A stretch of 64,000 bases of DNA, taken from Paragordius varius (taxonomy: Eukaryota; Animalia; Nematomorpha). How positions within the stretch are numbered: position 1 is the stretch's first letter; each line of letters starts with the position of its first letter. The notes beneath the pieces were generated by a model. The model was not told where the DNA came from and made no database searches. It worked only from the letters and a program-made list of their open reading frames with translations. Positions 1 to 14,284 of this stretch are shown in pieces. The stretch lies in the NCBI GenBank assembly GCA_964247055.1, contig OZ176057.1, positions 1,922,001 through 1,986,000 on the forward strand, in the 5' to 3' direction. The position numbers were made by a program, and so were the translations under genes.

Positions 1-1230
1 TCTTTCGCTCAATACTATGTGTCGACGAATTACCAACATCGCAGAAGAAATTCAACTTTCACTAAAAGAAAAAATTCAAAATTTTGTGGGGTCCTTGTCA
101 TTTGATGAAAGCACAGATATAAGCAACATATCACAATTGGTAGTCTTTATTCGAGAGATAGGTGAATTTTTTGATATAACAGAAGATATTTTAGGCTTAC
201 TTCCGACGAAAAATACAACTAAGGGAGATGATATGTTTCATGCAATTTTAAATGTATTGAGGACAATAAATTAAATATGAGGCGCTTCTTGTTTGATAAC
301 AGATGGTGCCCCAGCTATGATGGGAAAAACAAGGGAACCGTGAAATTATTTTTAAATAAGATGGAATCCGATGGTATTAATATTGACCTATATACATAAT
401 GCATTGCATAATTCACCGTGAAAATCTCTGCGCACATGCTCTGACAATGGACAATGTTATGACCGTTGTTATTAAAGTAGTTAATTATAAAATCTCAAGT
501 TTTGAAGCATAGGCAGTTAAGGAGTTATTAAAAGAAATTCATTCAGAATGAGATCTTATATTTTTTTCAAATGTAAGGTGACTTAGTCGAGGGAAATGTC
601 TAAAAAGGTGTTATTATTTATTAAAAGGAACAAATATTTTTCTATTGCAGAATAATTATGTGGTAGAGGAATTAACCAATGAAGATTGGTTGTCAGATTT
701 ATGCTTTTCCGTAGGTATTACCGAAAAACTAAATCAATTAAATAAATCCTTGCAAAAGCAAGATAATTTAATTGTTAATGCCAATAACCATATTAAAGCG
801 TTTTGTAAAAAATTAACGTTATTTTAAAAAAATAATGCTGAAAATTTTCCAGAATCGAATGGATTTAAAGCTGGTAAAACTAACAATTTAAAAAATGCAG
901 ATCAAATTAACAATAATAGATACGGGGATATGACAAAATATGAAAAAATATTTAATTTATTTTGTTGTCTATTCTACGTTGAACTATCAACGCTCCTATT
1001 AATTTACAAATGGAATTACTAGATTTGCAATCCAATAATGAATTGAAATTATTATTTGGGCAAAAAAATGAATTTTGTAAAAAATATTTAACGAATTTTT
1101 GCACAAAGATTACTTTGTGCTTTTGGGTCCACTTATCTTTGTGAAAGTTTTTTTTCTAAAATGAAATACACAAAATCTCTTTCACGTTCTAACTGATGAA
1201 AACTTGGAGAATGAATGTGCTGTATCAAAT
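1..1230 (+). pseudogene. hAT transposase pseudogene (GTF2IRD2/SPIN-like)
   Basis: Motifs SLSFDESTDISNISQLVVFIR (17-274), DGAPAMMGK (~301), WLSDLCF..LNQLNKSLQ (645-827) and FGSTYLCESFFSKMK (~1120-1170), separated by stops and frameshifts. Confidence 0.85.
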
Positions 1231-2008
1231 ATTAATATAGATCTGATTAAATTAAGCATAAAAGAAATAAATATTTTTCATTGCATAATTAAATTTTTAA
1301 TGGGATATTTGTTTTGTAATTTTTTATTAAAAAAACTTAATTAGACATTTTCCTCGACAACAATCATGTGCACAAAGATTTTTATGGTGTCATTGCATTA
1401 TAAATATCTGATCATATTTAGGGCATCGGTTTCCATCTTACTCTTGTTTTATCCCATAGTGGATGGGCACCAATCTTTATCAAACAAGACACGCTCATAT
1501 TTAACTTAATACATTTTAAATTGATGATTATCATCTCCCTTTAAGAAGGCATTTCTTTTGGAGAGACTATCAATTGAGGATACTAATATATGTGCTTTTA
1601 TGTACTTTCTTTTAGGTCAGGTCCATTGCATGATTTATCGTGATCTGTATCGCGCGAAATACTTAAAACACATTTTATAATTTCATGTACGCACCTCATC
1701 ATAAACTCGCTCTCTGATAAATAAAGTTACATTTTGGCGATTAAATTCGCCACAGTCTACTCTAGTCATTTGCAATAAGTTTATACCATATCCATGTATA
1801 TCTTTTATTTACACAATGATATAATTTAATTATCAAAGCATTATCATATTTATACTGTTTTTCTTTTTGATATGAAAATTAGCCCATCTGTATCTTAATA
1901 TAATAAATTTATTTATTACCAATGTCTTGATATATATAAATAAAAAGCTCTTTGGAATTTTAAGGACGAAAAGGTGGCTTTTCAAGCCATTTGTGTTGGA
2001 CAACCCTG
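1..2008 (+). mobile_element. hAT (Buster/SPIN, GTF2IRD2-like) DNA transposon, degenerate, left end outside the window
   Basis: Transposase remnants at 1-1260. Right TIR-like end GTGTTGGACAACCCTG finishes at 2008 and matches the right end of the MITE at 59246-59551. Confidence 0.75.
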
Positions 2009-2772
2009 GTTTAAAGGCACCCTAAAAGTGATAGAATCAGAATCAATAACATTTTGCATTTTTGATTTAGATGAAACACATTTATAGTTGACGCGTTTCT
2101 CCTCTATATTATTTTTGTTGATCGATCTTAAGTCAAATGGAAATGGGAGTTTAGATTTCGGCTGCCAAAAAAATTAAATATTTTACTAATATTTTAAACG
2201 CATTTTATAACAATGGATGATAATGGATATTCCTTAGTTTGAATACACGGGCAGTTAGGCAGTTTGGACCAGTTCTGTTGATACGTGTTTGTGCAAGTTG
2301 GTGGATAGAATGTGCTGTAATTTTTAGATCTGATCCAAATATATTCATTCCAGGTTTTCTAGCCCTTTCCTATGCCTAGTATGTCTATTTTATGTTATCG
2401 GCCTTCATTACATGACTGAAAAATCTGAGCGGGTTATAATTTATTTGAAGTAGGCTTTGTTTGGAGCTAAATATAATCTATTTTATCATTATTATTTTTC
2501 CCCTTATACCGCGGATATACATCTAGGTCCATACATATGCTTTTATTTTGCTGAAATCAGTTTTCGTGAGGTCCAGGACTTACTATAGTGTACAGATAAA
2601 ATTATTGTTTCTATTATACGCTTTTTGATAGATTTGTTTCATTCGAGTATGATTGTTGCATTTTTTGTCATTGGATATCCTAATAATGTCCGTTGTAGAG
2701 GTGCCATTGGAAAATAACTGCTTCAGGTAAGTTATCTGTCTCATTTAATTTTTTTATATACTTATTCACTAG

Positions 2773-2773
<1 letters not shown>

Positions 2774-2817
<44 letters not shown>
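2774..2817. repeat. compound (TA)n(TG)n microsatellite
   Basis: Read directly from the sequence. Confidence 0.95.
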
Positions 2818-5800
2818 CAAACGGGTGTTCAATAGTCCATATTTTATGATGCATGGCCCTTGGGACATAAAATATTTTATTTGCCCCAAGGAGCAACGCC
2901 CCCGAAGGGGGCGTAGAATAGGGGACGGAGCAAAAAATTGGAGAAACGACTTTAAATATATGTTAATAAATAAAATGTTTATCATTAAATAATTGGTTTA
3001 TTTAATATTTAATCTAAAGGAAATATACGACGGCGTCAATAAGAATTAATAAATGAAGTTTTATTTTTTGGGATTGGGACTCTATCGTCATGTTTGAACT
3101 TAGATTTTCTACTAGGACTTTCCTTAGTTGATTTTTTTATATGTAAAAATTTGAATGTAAAATTTCAGAGTAATCATAATAATATATTCTTCTATGGTCC
3201 AAAACCGCAACTTTAAAACTTCCATCATGGATTTCAATAGCGAAGAAAGGAATTGCAGTGTTTTATTCGACCTACAAGTCAGTCCGTTATATATAATAAT
3301 ACATTCATTATTAATTTACATTTATTTTGAGTAAAGACTTTCCAGATCTTTTTAATGAATGTTCAGTCAACTTAACAAACAATCCATTTACAGTTGATGT
3401 AACATTTTTTCGAAAAAAGTTAATGAAGAGGTAGAGTTGAAATATGATTCGAAATCACCTTTCTAATCTTTATATTGAAAATTTTTGGATAAAAGCGCAT
3501 AACCTGCATCCAAATTTATCTCAAATCGCCTTACGTAATTATGTGAAACTGAATTCTCAGCATTGGTACAATTAAAAAATAAATATCTAATATAAAAAAT
3601 GAGGGTCTTAGGTGCAAATTATCAAGATTTCCCGATATGAAAAAAATCTGCACAATTTCAGAAAGGATCGCATTTATTATGTATTATTATAAATTTTACA
3701 ATTTTATCTGTGTATTTTTTTGAGGGGGGGGGGGAGGGGGGGGAGAGAAGGCAGGATTTTATTTAATTTGGTAGGGCTTGGAAATAGTTAGGAACAATTG
3801 ATTTATATTCTTATTTTTCTTATATATTAAATGTTAGGGATTTTAATTATTTCAGCTTGTGAAGGTTTAACTCTAACAATCCCAAGGTTGACAGTGATGA
3901 TGATGGTAATATTGATAATTTTCGGGTTTCGAACTCTACCACTTCAGACACAATGTTAGAGTCCGGCGCCCTACCTACTATAACATCCCGGCTTTAATAA
4001 CAATAATTACCCAGAAGCTTAAATTATCGATTGATACGATTCCAGGCTTTAAGGTTCATTTTTATATATATAACATATAAGGCCAAACGACACCTAATAG
4101 TGAGCAAACATTATAATTATAAATTGATATGAGATAAACTTGATTCATAAAAAAAGGATAATTGAGGTAAAATTCATTAAATTAAATTCATTAAATAAAT
4201 GCGGTTTGTGTTATTTTAAAAAGATTTAAATTTGAAAAAATATTCTTAAGAAATTATAAATGTCTCAAATGATAAATTAAGCATTTTATAAGTCTCCTGT
4301 TCTAACACAGATATAAAGGGAGTGAAGAAAACCAAATAGATGCAAAAACTAGATAGTATTTACTAGATAATTGTAAATATTTTTACATTTACTACCTAGT
4401 ATTTGCTCAAACGAGTATTTACTATAGATGTCAATTGAAAAAAAATTGTTTCTAAAACTATATAGTCATTACTATGTGGAAATTTATTTGGAGATGAATA
4501 AATTTGTTAAAACTATCTAATATATCCTGGATTTTTTCAAGATTGCCATGCTAGCTATGGCTAGTTTTGTCACCAAATTTGTGTGTATTTTTTGGAATTC
4601 GTATAATTATAGATTTTAGCATATAAGAATAACCCTAGAATTCACATTAACTTATCAAATTTTGCTATAATTTTATGCCACTTCTGATAAAAATGATTAA
4701 ACAAAACATAATCTTTGATTTATATAGTTTTCACAAAACATTAGAAATCTTATGAATTTAATATGTAAATTTACAATAATAGAAAGAATGTTAAGAAGAT
4801 AGTGTGATTATTAGTAAGTTAATGGATATATTTAATGGTTAAGTTATCACTTTACTATTGATATATGGTAACTCAACACTTCAACATGGTATAGTAATAA
4901 TATTAGTTATCATACAACGTGACTGTCAACATATTTTTAAATGCCAATTAAATATATTACATCATGAACGGATTAAAAAACCAGTAGGGAAAAAGTTGAT
5001 TTCGGATGCCGAAAAGAATGAAGTGGGTAAAATCAATCTTATTTTGGTACAATGCTTTTACACAAGATGAAAATTTTCCACCGATGATTACCAATTTCGA
5101 ATTATTTTAAATTAATTAGCGCGTAAAAACTTTATTGGCAAAATATATTTTATAATGCAATTTTTAGCAAAAAATTGCGAAATTTACTATTTTATGCAAT
5201 AATGGGGTATATAGTTGAAAAAAATCCTTGACTCCAGAAATAGTACACAAACATCGTTCGATGGTTTCACCTTAAAAAGGTGTTATGGAAGTAATTTTTG
5301 GGAAGCGAACTGGCTTTTCGAAAAGTCACAAAAAATAAAACTGGTCTAATGTTGTTTATGTGTTATTCATCAACTATTTTTATTTTTGTGATTCTAAAAA
5401 TTATTTTTCCATTCCTCTTAAATACAAACCATCCTATATGTATGAACATGTTTTACATTTTTCATTATTTTTTAGTCAAGTAATTACTAGGTAGTTAATA
5501 GCCAACCGACCCTTAGTTTGCTCAATTAAGCCATACTAGTCATTTACTAACGGAAATTTCAAATTTTTATTCAATCAATTTTCTACATAAGTATTTGCTA
5601 TGTCAGTAATACTAGGTGATACTAATATTTAATTCAATCCGACTTAAAATCTAGGAAATTTTTTATATTATTTCAAAAAAAATGATGGTATAACTATATA
5701 GCACCAACAAAATATGCGTTCGTAAATCACTACAAACCATGTATTTTTACGGAAAATGTTTCTCAGTAAATTTTTCAAATTAAGTTTAAAATATAATATT

Positions 5801-8800
5801 ATTGTTAAAAGGCTTTAATAATGATAAAATCTGTTTTTTGGTAATGTTAACTATGTACTAATGATATCGCCTATGTAAAAGTATTAGACCTGGGCCCTTA
5901 AATACGATTAAAAGTTCAAAAAGCACAAATTTACATACTAATTTATCACAGAAGATTAAATTATATGATTTAAGAAATTATCAGATAAAAATAACTTTAA
6001 ATGCAATTACGCAAAAATTTATATAATTTATATATATTCGCAAACGTTTGAACATTTCGACAGGTTTTTAAGCGCAAATTGAAAAGTTGCCACCGCATCA
6101 ATACAGTTTTTTATTTGTACAATACTGGTTTACACATAAAAATACATGAAACCTGAATGGTTTTGATTCAATCGTAAAACAGTGTAGGGTCTTTGTTCCG
6201 CAATCGAAAATGTAAAATAATATGGTAAAAATATATTTAAAAAATAATTGGTTACACTTGAAGTCATTTTCAACAATGGATTGGTTTTTTCTACAAAAAA
6301 CTTAATATTTTTAAAATTTAATAGATATTTTGACAATTTGTTAGTATTACCAAATTATGTAAATTCAGTTAGGTATTTTCTAAAACCAAGTTGCAATAAA
6401 CTAATGTGGTATGGTAATTATCTTTCTATAAAACTAAATCAATTAGATATGGCAGTTGCGGTATAAGAAAATATATGTTTTTTCAAACTTCAAACAAAAT
6501 ATGAAAATATATGCTTTAGTTCTAAAATATAATAAAATAAGCGCTAAAAAGGTAGTAGGGTAATTAACAAAATAACCAATTACCTATATTAAGAATTTTA
6601 TCCTTCCTCATACAATATACTCTATATGGAATAGATTAAGTTCTGACATTTTTGTACCAATAAAATATATATATATATTTATAAATATTTATAAATAAAA
6701 CTGCGTATTTGTCAAAGTTCGTAGAAAATATATGTAAAACAAAAAATGACAAAAAATAAACTCACGTATGATAAAAGAGTTTAAAAAAATTGGGTCACAC
6801 ACAGAAATACCAAAAAAAATATAGGGTCTGGATTTTTAGAGGACGCTTATTATATTTCATATTTTTGCTATTAATATCGGATTAAATTAGTTTTTCCTTA
6901 ATACATATTTTCACTTATATATTTTGAAATTGGAGTTTATATCCAAAATATTCGATCTAGTAACATAATGATACATTTTTTTTATATCTCCAAGGGCAAT
7001 TTGCGAGTAATGTTTAAATATGTGCGAAATGAGTTTATAGTATAAAAAGTAAAGTTTTTAAAGTATTTTTCCCGAAACTGTTATATATACTGTTTTTTCA
7101 ATACATTTTTTACATATAATTATATCGAATAATTTTTAAGATGCGACTCCAAAAACAATATAATGTTGTATATCCTAAGGTTAACATATCAATTTTCGTT
7201 TGTAAAAATATAGTTTTATAAACATTTACTTCCATGCTGGAGGTTTACACATAAAAATTAAAAAACTTATTGCAGTATTACAACCTTAAATTTTCTTATT
7301 TTTCAGAAAACTTATTGCATTATGGCAACCTTGAAATTTTTTGGAAAATTAATTTATACATTATTAACACATTTTATACATTAGTTTCAAAAATTAAGAA
7401 AAAAAGTATAAATAAATTCGACCTTATTTCTAAAATAGTTCAACATTTTTTAAAATGAAAAAAATAGGAAAATTGACATGAATATTAATAAATGAATTTA
7501 ATCACTTCATTAATCGTAATTAACTTTGGCTCAATGTTCCTCCAATAACTTAAAGAATTGATCAATAATAGATTTTAACTCTATCTCACTATAATTACTG
7601 TACTCTATTTAATCATCTTGATATGTTCTATCATCACGTAGGAATGATTCATATTAAGAGCGGTTAAGCCCTATTGTAACTTAAGCTTGTTATTGTAAGC
7701 ACAGATAAGATTCTTATCAAACTATTTAAATTATAATTATCATGTTGAAATGCGGTATCTTATATCTCATACCAGTTTAATTTTTTTGTTTTTGCCAAAT
7801 GATAACAAGATCAATTGAATTTTGGCATAGTTTAATTGCACAGTTAAAAATAGCCGTTTTCACACTTAAATATGTTATCTTTTTGTATATTAGATTTGGT
7901 GTTAATCAAAAATCCTTAGACTATAACTCATTGTACTTTTGACGGTTTGTGCAAAAAATTCATCTGTATACTTTGTTGATATGGAATCTGTAAGGCAATT
8001 ATTGAACATTATCAACTTCAACTTTTTTATTCCCTCACTTCCTGGTTTGTTTTGTTAGACTTCCGCTTTTCGCTATCTTTTTTTGTAATAATCATTTGTA
8101 CTTTTGCGTAAGCCTTTGTAATTTTTTTGCAACTTGCTTTATGATTAAATTATGGAATGTTGCATATTGGTAAAGGTCGAGATCGCTAGAATAATTATTG
8201 CTTTTTGTTCTGTGTCTAATGTGGTTTTTCAAGGGACAAACCATATTTGATTAGCTTACCATATAAAAATGTCCAAATCTATGTTTAGCTGCTGAAACCA
8301 TGTTTTTTTATTGCAAGCTTGTTTCGATATTAAAATTTAAATTTGTTTCATGGCACAATTTATAGTGTCTACAATTTTTCACATGCTTTATCAGGTTTTT
8401 ATGCCCCTCATGTTTTTAATATTAAAAAAGCAAAATTTAATATTTGAAATGTTATATAAATTTTGTGTGATATTTTATTGAATTCCCATCAAAACGGAAT
8501 GACCATATATTGTTTAAATATTATTTAATACAAAATTCATCATGTGATAACATATTATTCTTGTATCCGATAGTAACGGATATATGTCAATTTATTACTT
8601 AGATTTCTTTTAACACAAACGAGAACCTCAGACATAACTATTTATGTAGATTACTCATCTTTATATTAGGAACATTTACTTTATTAATTAATGAATATAC
8701 TATGGTAAAAAATTATAAATATAGTTTTTGACTTTGGGTAAAGAAATACTTATTTATCCAGGTTATCTTTTTTTACTTCCAAAAATTATAAAGGTTCTAT

Positions 8801-11384
8801 TTTAGAATAAATATTTACACCATAAACTATATTATCAATAATTAAATAATCATAACGGAAAAAATGAGCTCCTATGGGTTATCAAACCGTGGCTCATAAA
8901 TTAATTTTTGGTCACAAAATTTGCAAAATATAAAAATTTATCATGTAAGGGGTTACATCAGCGGTTCATATTGCCGCTAACATTACAATATTATGAATGA
9001 ATATACGATTGTTAATATTTTAGTTTATATTATAATATAAATGTTGTATGAAAATCATTGAAAAGACGGTATTTAAAATAGAACCAATTCTAAATGTAAA
9101 GAGCCGGTTTTCAACCCTTTAATTTTTACAAACCAATCCTTGCATTTGCTCAGTAACCATTCCGGTTCCATTTTTAAACTTTTAGGAGCCAGGGCGGTTA
9201 CGATTCCACCCGTCCAGGAACCACCCCTCTTCAGTTTCACTTTTCTGAACCGGTTCAATGCCCTGGTGAAAAAATAATAATTGAAAAATATTTTACCAAA
9301 TATTAACATTCATTTAAATTTGACGCCAAGCGATTTTACACTTTAGTTGTGAGTCCATAGTAGACGCTCTTAAAATTGTAACTTTATCCTTAATATTTCA
9401 TCTAGGATTGTTAATATATTCGTTGGCGCGTTTTGCGCTATGAGACTGTCCATAAAAATATCCTAATGCAATATATATATATATATATATATGTTAGGAA
9501 AATGTATCAAGATTATCATAGTACGTTTAGTTTCGGCCTATGCGTGATTTAAGAAAGTTATTTAACTTGGTTAGTGCTTTATATCAGAAATGGCAAACTT
9601 TGAGCATATTTTTTTAAATAAATGTTTTGAAGATAAATACTTCATTCCAAAATATACCACTAAAATATACATACAAAAAGTAACGATATAAATTAGGCAC
9701 CACACTTGTGATTTCAAGTTTTACTTGATCATATGATTTTTTTATCATCTGTGAACAATAACGTTAAAATTTTCTATACATGAAAGCAAGCTATGAAAAA
9801 CTTGCAACTTAACTCAAAATTGTTATCCACCCACCCATAGTCAGGCTTTTAAATAATTTTATGTTTTTGTGGCTTTCTATAAAATTCAGAATATTATTAA
9901 GTAATCGCTCGAACACATATCATAGTAGTTTTAATAATTTGAGTATTAGGATAAAAATTTTGGCGCTTTAAAATTCGCTCTAATAAGCCCTCTATAAAGC
10001 GGGTCAAATGACATAACGCTGTTACAATTTTTCGCCTTATGAGACTATATTATATAAGATCAAAATGATTTATTTTCTCAACATAAAGAAAAATTTTGAG
10101 CACTTAGATGAGGGTATGACCCAACACGCCATCATATTAATGTTAGGTGGCTGTGAATTCTTTTTTCGAAAAAGTATAAGACCATATGGATTCGATTATT
10201 GGTATATGCCATATAAAGGCAAAAATTTAACCCAGCGTTTTTATATAATCTCGTATGGTTTCCACCTTGTGAAGAAGCCACCATATTTAATAAATTAATA
10301 AAGTAGATGTTTGAAAAACAGAGACCATATAAAACCAAGAATGTTTTCATTTTCAATAAAAATTTAGAAAAAGGTATCAATAAATAACGATAAATCCCCA
10401 CGCTCTGTAAGCGCATAAAACTAACATATATTCAGAGCAATTTTTATCAAGATTAAATGAATCATGGTTTTAAATATTTTTAAAATATTTATTTACATAT
10501 AAAAAATCGGATTGGTCTTCGAAAGGTCGCAAAAATAACGCTTTTGCTGTATAGGCATAAAAGTATATAGACCCTATTAGTTTTTGTATATTATCATTAA
10601 GTGTTAACATATATTAACACTTAACTACGTCATTAATTTTTTGTAGAATATTACATTTTTGGGGTAGTTTCACACCCCAATACATCAAAATGTAAATAAT
10701 GTATAGTTAAGGTGACCAGACGTCCCGCTTTTTCACACTTTGTCCCGCGTCCCGCTACGTTTTTAAAATGTCCCGCTTTTTCACGATTATATAAAAAAAT
10801 TTTTTTTAATACTAATAAATTTTTTTATCCGTTTATATTTTTTATCATTAAATATCTTTAAAATCTATTCAATTTTAAATTAAAATTTTTTATTTTTAAA
10901 TTAAAATTTTTATTTTTTTCGAATTTATATCATATGATTATACATTTTGCTTCCTACTACTACTGTCATCATTATCAAAAAGCCAAGTTAATACCACAAA
11001 TCTCTAGATTAAAAGACAAATTAATAATACCACAAATCGGTAGCTTACATGTTTATTTCAGAAAATTAAGGTAATATAATATTTACTATGCTAATATTTT
11101 AGTTTTATTACTTGCAAACATATCAAAAAGCCAAATTAATACCACAAATCGGTAGCTTAAAAGACAAATTGATACCACAAATCGGTACCTTACACGTTTA
11201 TTCCAGAAAATTAAGGTAATATAATATTTTAGTTTTATTACTTGCCAACATTATTAAAAAGCCAAATTAATACCATAAATCGGTAGCTTAAAAGACAAAT
11301 TGATACCACAAATCGGTACCTTACACGTTTATTCCAGAAAATTAAGGTAATATAATATTTATTATACTAATAGTAGTTAATAAA

Positions 11385-13150
11385 TATGATCACAAATAGA
11401 GGTTGTAAATTCAACGATGAATTAATGAAAGTTTTTCTTTTATCAAAAAAACGAAGAATGAATCATCTGTTAAATGTCTTATATGCGGGGGGAATTCACC
11501 CTAGCACATGGTGGCAAGCATGATATTACAAAGCATATGGAAACACAGAAACAAACTTTTTTTAGATATGGTGGCATCATCTTACAAAATGAGCGATTTT
11601 TTTCGAAAAACCGCTTTTGGAGAAGAAGAAAAGAATTTGGCACTAGCTGAGGGCGTGTTATCTTTTCACGCCGTTAATTCCAATCATTCCTTTAGATCTA
11701 TGGACTGTACCTCGCAGGTTATTCGCACCTTATTCAATAAAAAATTTACATGTACCCGTACAAGGGCTGAAGCCATTGAATGCAATGTCCTTTCGCCACA
11801 TGCATTTTCTGAAAACAAAAAGATTTACTGAAAATTAATTTCTCATCGCTATACTTTGATGCATCTCGCAAGGAAACAAAATTATTTCCCACTTTAATAA
11901 GATATTTTTATCCAGAAACTGGAGTAATTAAAATTTTAGATTTTATTTCGCTACCCGGTGTAAATTCCGACATAAGTTTTACTTCAATAATAAATATTTT
12001 AGAAAATAATAATTTAAAAGACAAAATCATCGCATATAGCGCTGATACCATTACGAACTTCGGTGGAAAAGCAAGGAGGGGAACAAAAAATATTTTTCAT
12101 AAATAACAGATATTCTTAATCAAAACATTAATGGCGTTGGGTGTGCAGCGCATTTACACAACGTTATTCAAACAGCTACTGATTTGTTACCCTTAGATGT
12201 GGAAAATTTAATTATTAAAATATATATCTTTTTTACATATACACGGTACGCGTTGAAACGCTTAAGGAATTCTGTGAAAATGCAGAAGTTCAATATCAAA
12301 AAATGCTTGGATATTGTAAAACTCGTTGATTAGCTCTTCTGCCAGCTATCGGAAGAATTTTAAAAATGTATGATCCTTTAATATCCTATTTTTTATCACA
12401 GGACAAATGTGCTACAACTTTGGAAAAGTTTTTTGAAAGTGTTTCTTCAAAAATATGGTTAGAGTCACTACATAATCAAGCTTCTCTCTTTCAAAATGTT
12501 ATTAAATTGATAGAAGGTGACAAAACTTCGGCAATTGAATTAGTCAATTAAGTTAGAACCTAATTCCAATGTCAAGAAAGGTTAGAAAATAATTTTATAC
12601 CATTAACCATCCGCAATATAAATAATTTAGAAAAACAAGGCTTAATCAATCGCCAAGATATCCTGTACCATATAAAAATGTTTTATACAAACTGTAAAGA
12701 TTATTTGGAAGACTGGACGACGCAATTCAATGAAATTTATCATTTTCATTGGATAACATTAAAACCATAATTTAATTGGTGCGATGTTCAAAAATCATTT
12801 GATTATATCTGTTCCCAAAAATTATTAGTTAAAAGATATTATAATAATGAAAAACTTAAATTATGGACAAAAAAATATACAGTAGAAAAGAAATGGTTGG
12901 AAATATTTCATCATTTTGAAGCCAACTATATTACATACAATAATATTTAAAAAATTGTGGAATTTTCACTATCTTTACCTGGAACCAACGCTGCTACTGA
13001 GCGCGTTTTTTCCACAGTAATCAGGTGTGGACATCGGAAAAATCAAATTTAAATGTTGACCTTTAAAGACCGTTTTATCTGTCAAATATAATTTGACAAA
13101 TTCTTGTGAATACTTCTAAAATATTTTAAAAAATGATGACAATCTGCTAA
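11385..13150 (+). pseudogene. hAT transposase pseudogene within Blackjack copy 1
   Basis: Fragments SFRSMDCTSQVIRTLFNKKFTCTRTRAEAIECNVLSP and MYDPLISYFLSQDKC, plus dimerisation-domain-like LSLPGTNAATERVFS at ~12970; many stops and frameshifts. Confidence 0.85.
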
Positions 13151-13244
13151 AACGCATTCAATATACCAAAGAATAAAATATTTTCTTATATTTATAAAGT
13201 TTTTATGTTAAAAAATAAACAAAATTACTTAAAATATTGTATAA

Positions 13245-13995
13245 GTCTTCATAATTTGTCAAATTATATGAACACATAAAATGGCTTTTATTCAACATTT
13301 AAATTTGATTCCGTGTCCTTACTTAAATTACTGTGAACGCGTTCAATAGCAGTGGTTCAGGTAAAGATAATGCAAATTCTACAATTAAAATATTATTGTA
13401 TGGAACATAATTTGTTTAAAAATGATTATTTTAACCATTTCTATCCTACGTATTTTTTTCTGTTGTCCATAATATAAGTTTTCATTCAATATAATTGTTT
13501 AATAATGAGACTTCATAAAAAAGTGTCATTGTGCACCGTCTTGCCTTCCAAATAATCATTTCTGTTTGCATAAAACATTTTTATATTCTGGCTATTCATT
13601 GAGCCTTGTTTTTCTGGATGCTTTATAATATTGCGATTAGGTAATGGTATAAAATTATTTCTAACCTTTTTTGACTTGGAAGTTGACCTTTGTCCAGTGA
13701 TAAAAAATAGGACTCTAGGAGATCACATTTTTATAAATATTTCAATCGCTGGCAAAAGAGCTAACCAACAGTTCTACAATATCCAAGCATTTTAACATCT
13801 ATATTTTCCACATCCAGGGGTAACAAATCAGTAGCTGTTTGAATAGCGTTCTGTATCTACTAATAATGCTTTGATTAAGATTATTCGCTCGCTAAATTGT
13901 TAAAAATATTTTTGTGCCGCTTCTTGCATACCCAGCGTATTTTGTGATGATTTCGTCTTTATTATTTTTTTCTAGAATATTACAATCACTTCACC
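13245..13995 (-). pseudogene. inverted, internally deleted transposase copy inside Blackjack copy 1
   Basis: Reverse complement matches forward ~11985-13140 in colinear blocks. For example 13800-13850 pairs with CAAACAGCTACTGATTTGTTACCC at ~12170, and 13330-13385 pairs with the LSLP..ERVF region at ~12960. Confidence 0.8.
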
Positions 13996-14284
13996 CTTTG
14001 TTCGTGCACTAAATTTATTGAATAAGGTACAAACAACCTATAAGGTACAAATTTTTTTATATTTATAATGTATTTGTGTTAAAAATAAATAAATATTACA
14101 ATTAATTTTTTGTATAAAAATTTTTGGTTGTACCCCCAATGACCCCCCCCCCTTCTCAGTGTCCCGCTTTTTCCTTCAAAAAATCTGGTCTCCTTATGTA
14201 TAGTAGTTTTGGTGAGAATTAAATTAAACAGTTTTCTTTTATTAGGTAAAAACATATTTTTTACTGTTTTCTAACTTTTAGGAG

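Larger units (their letters stand above)
10708..14196 (+). mobile_element. hAT Blackjack-type DNA transposon, copy 1 (3489 bp, rearranged)
   Basis: TIRs TAAGGTGACCAGA / TCTGGTCTCCTTA. Exact 8-bp TSD TGTATAGT at 10700-10707 and 14197-14204. Subterminal GTCCCG repeats. ~125-bp tandem duplications at ~10960-11360. Termini resemble MER81/MER94-type TAGGGTGACCA. Confidence 0.92.

Noticed and set aside
2897-2916. GC hairpin CGCCCCC-GAA-GGGGGCG followed by TAG (Helitron end or terminator-like)
   Set aside because: No matching 5' TC end or Rep/helicase remnant could be supported.
3921-3991. tRNA-like sequence on the minus strand (A-box-like start, GTTCGAAAC B box)
   Set aside because: Anticodon and acceptor stems do not pair; at most a decayed tRNA or SINE head. 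tRNAscan-SE would settle it.
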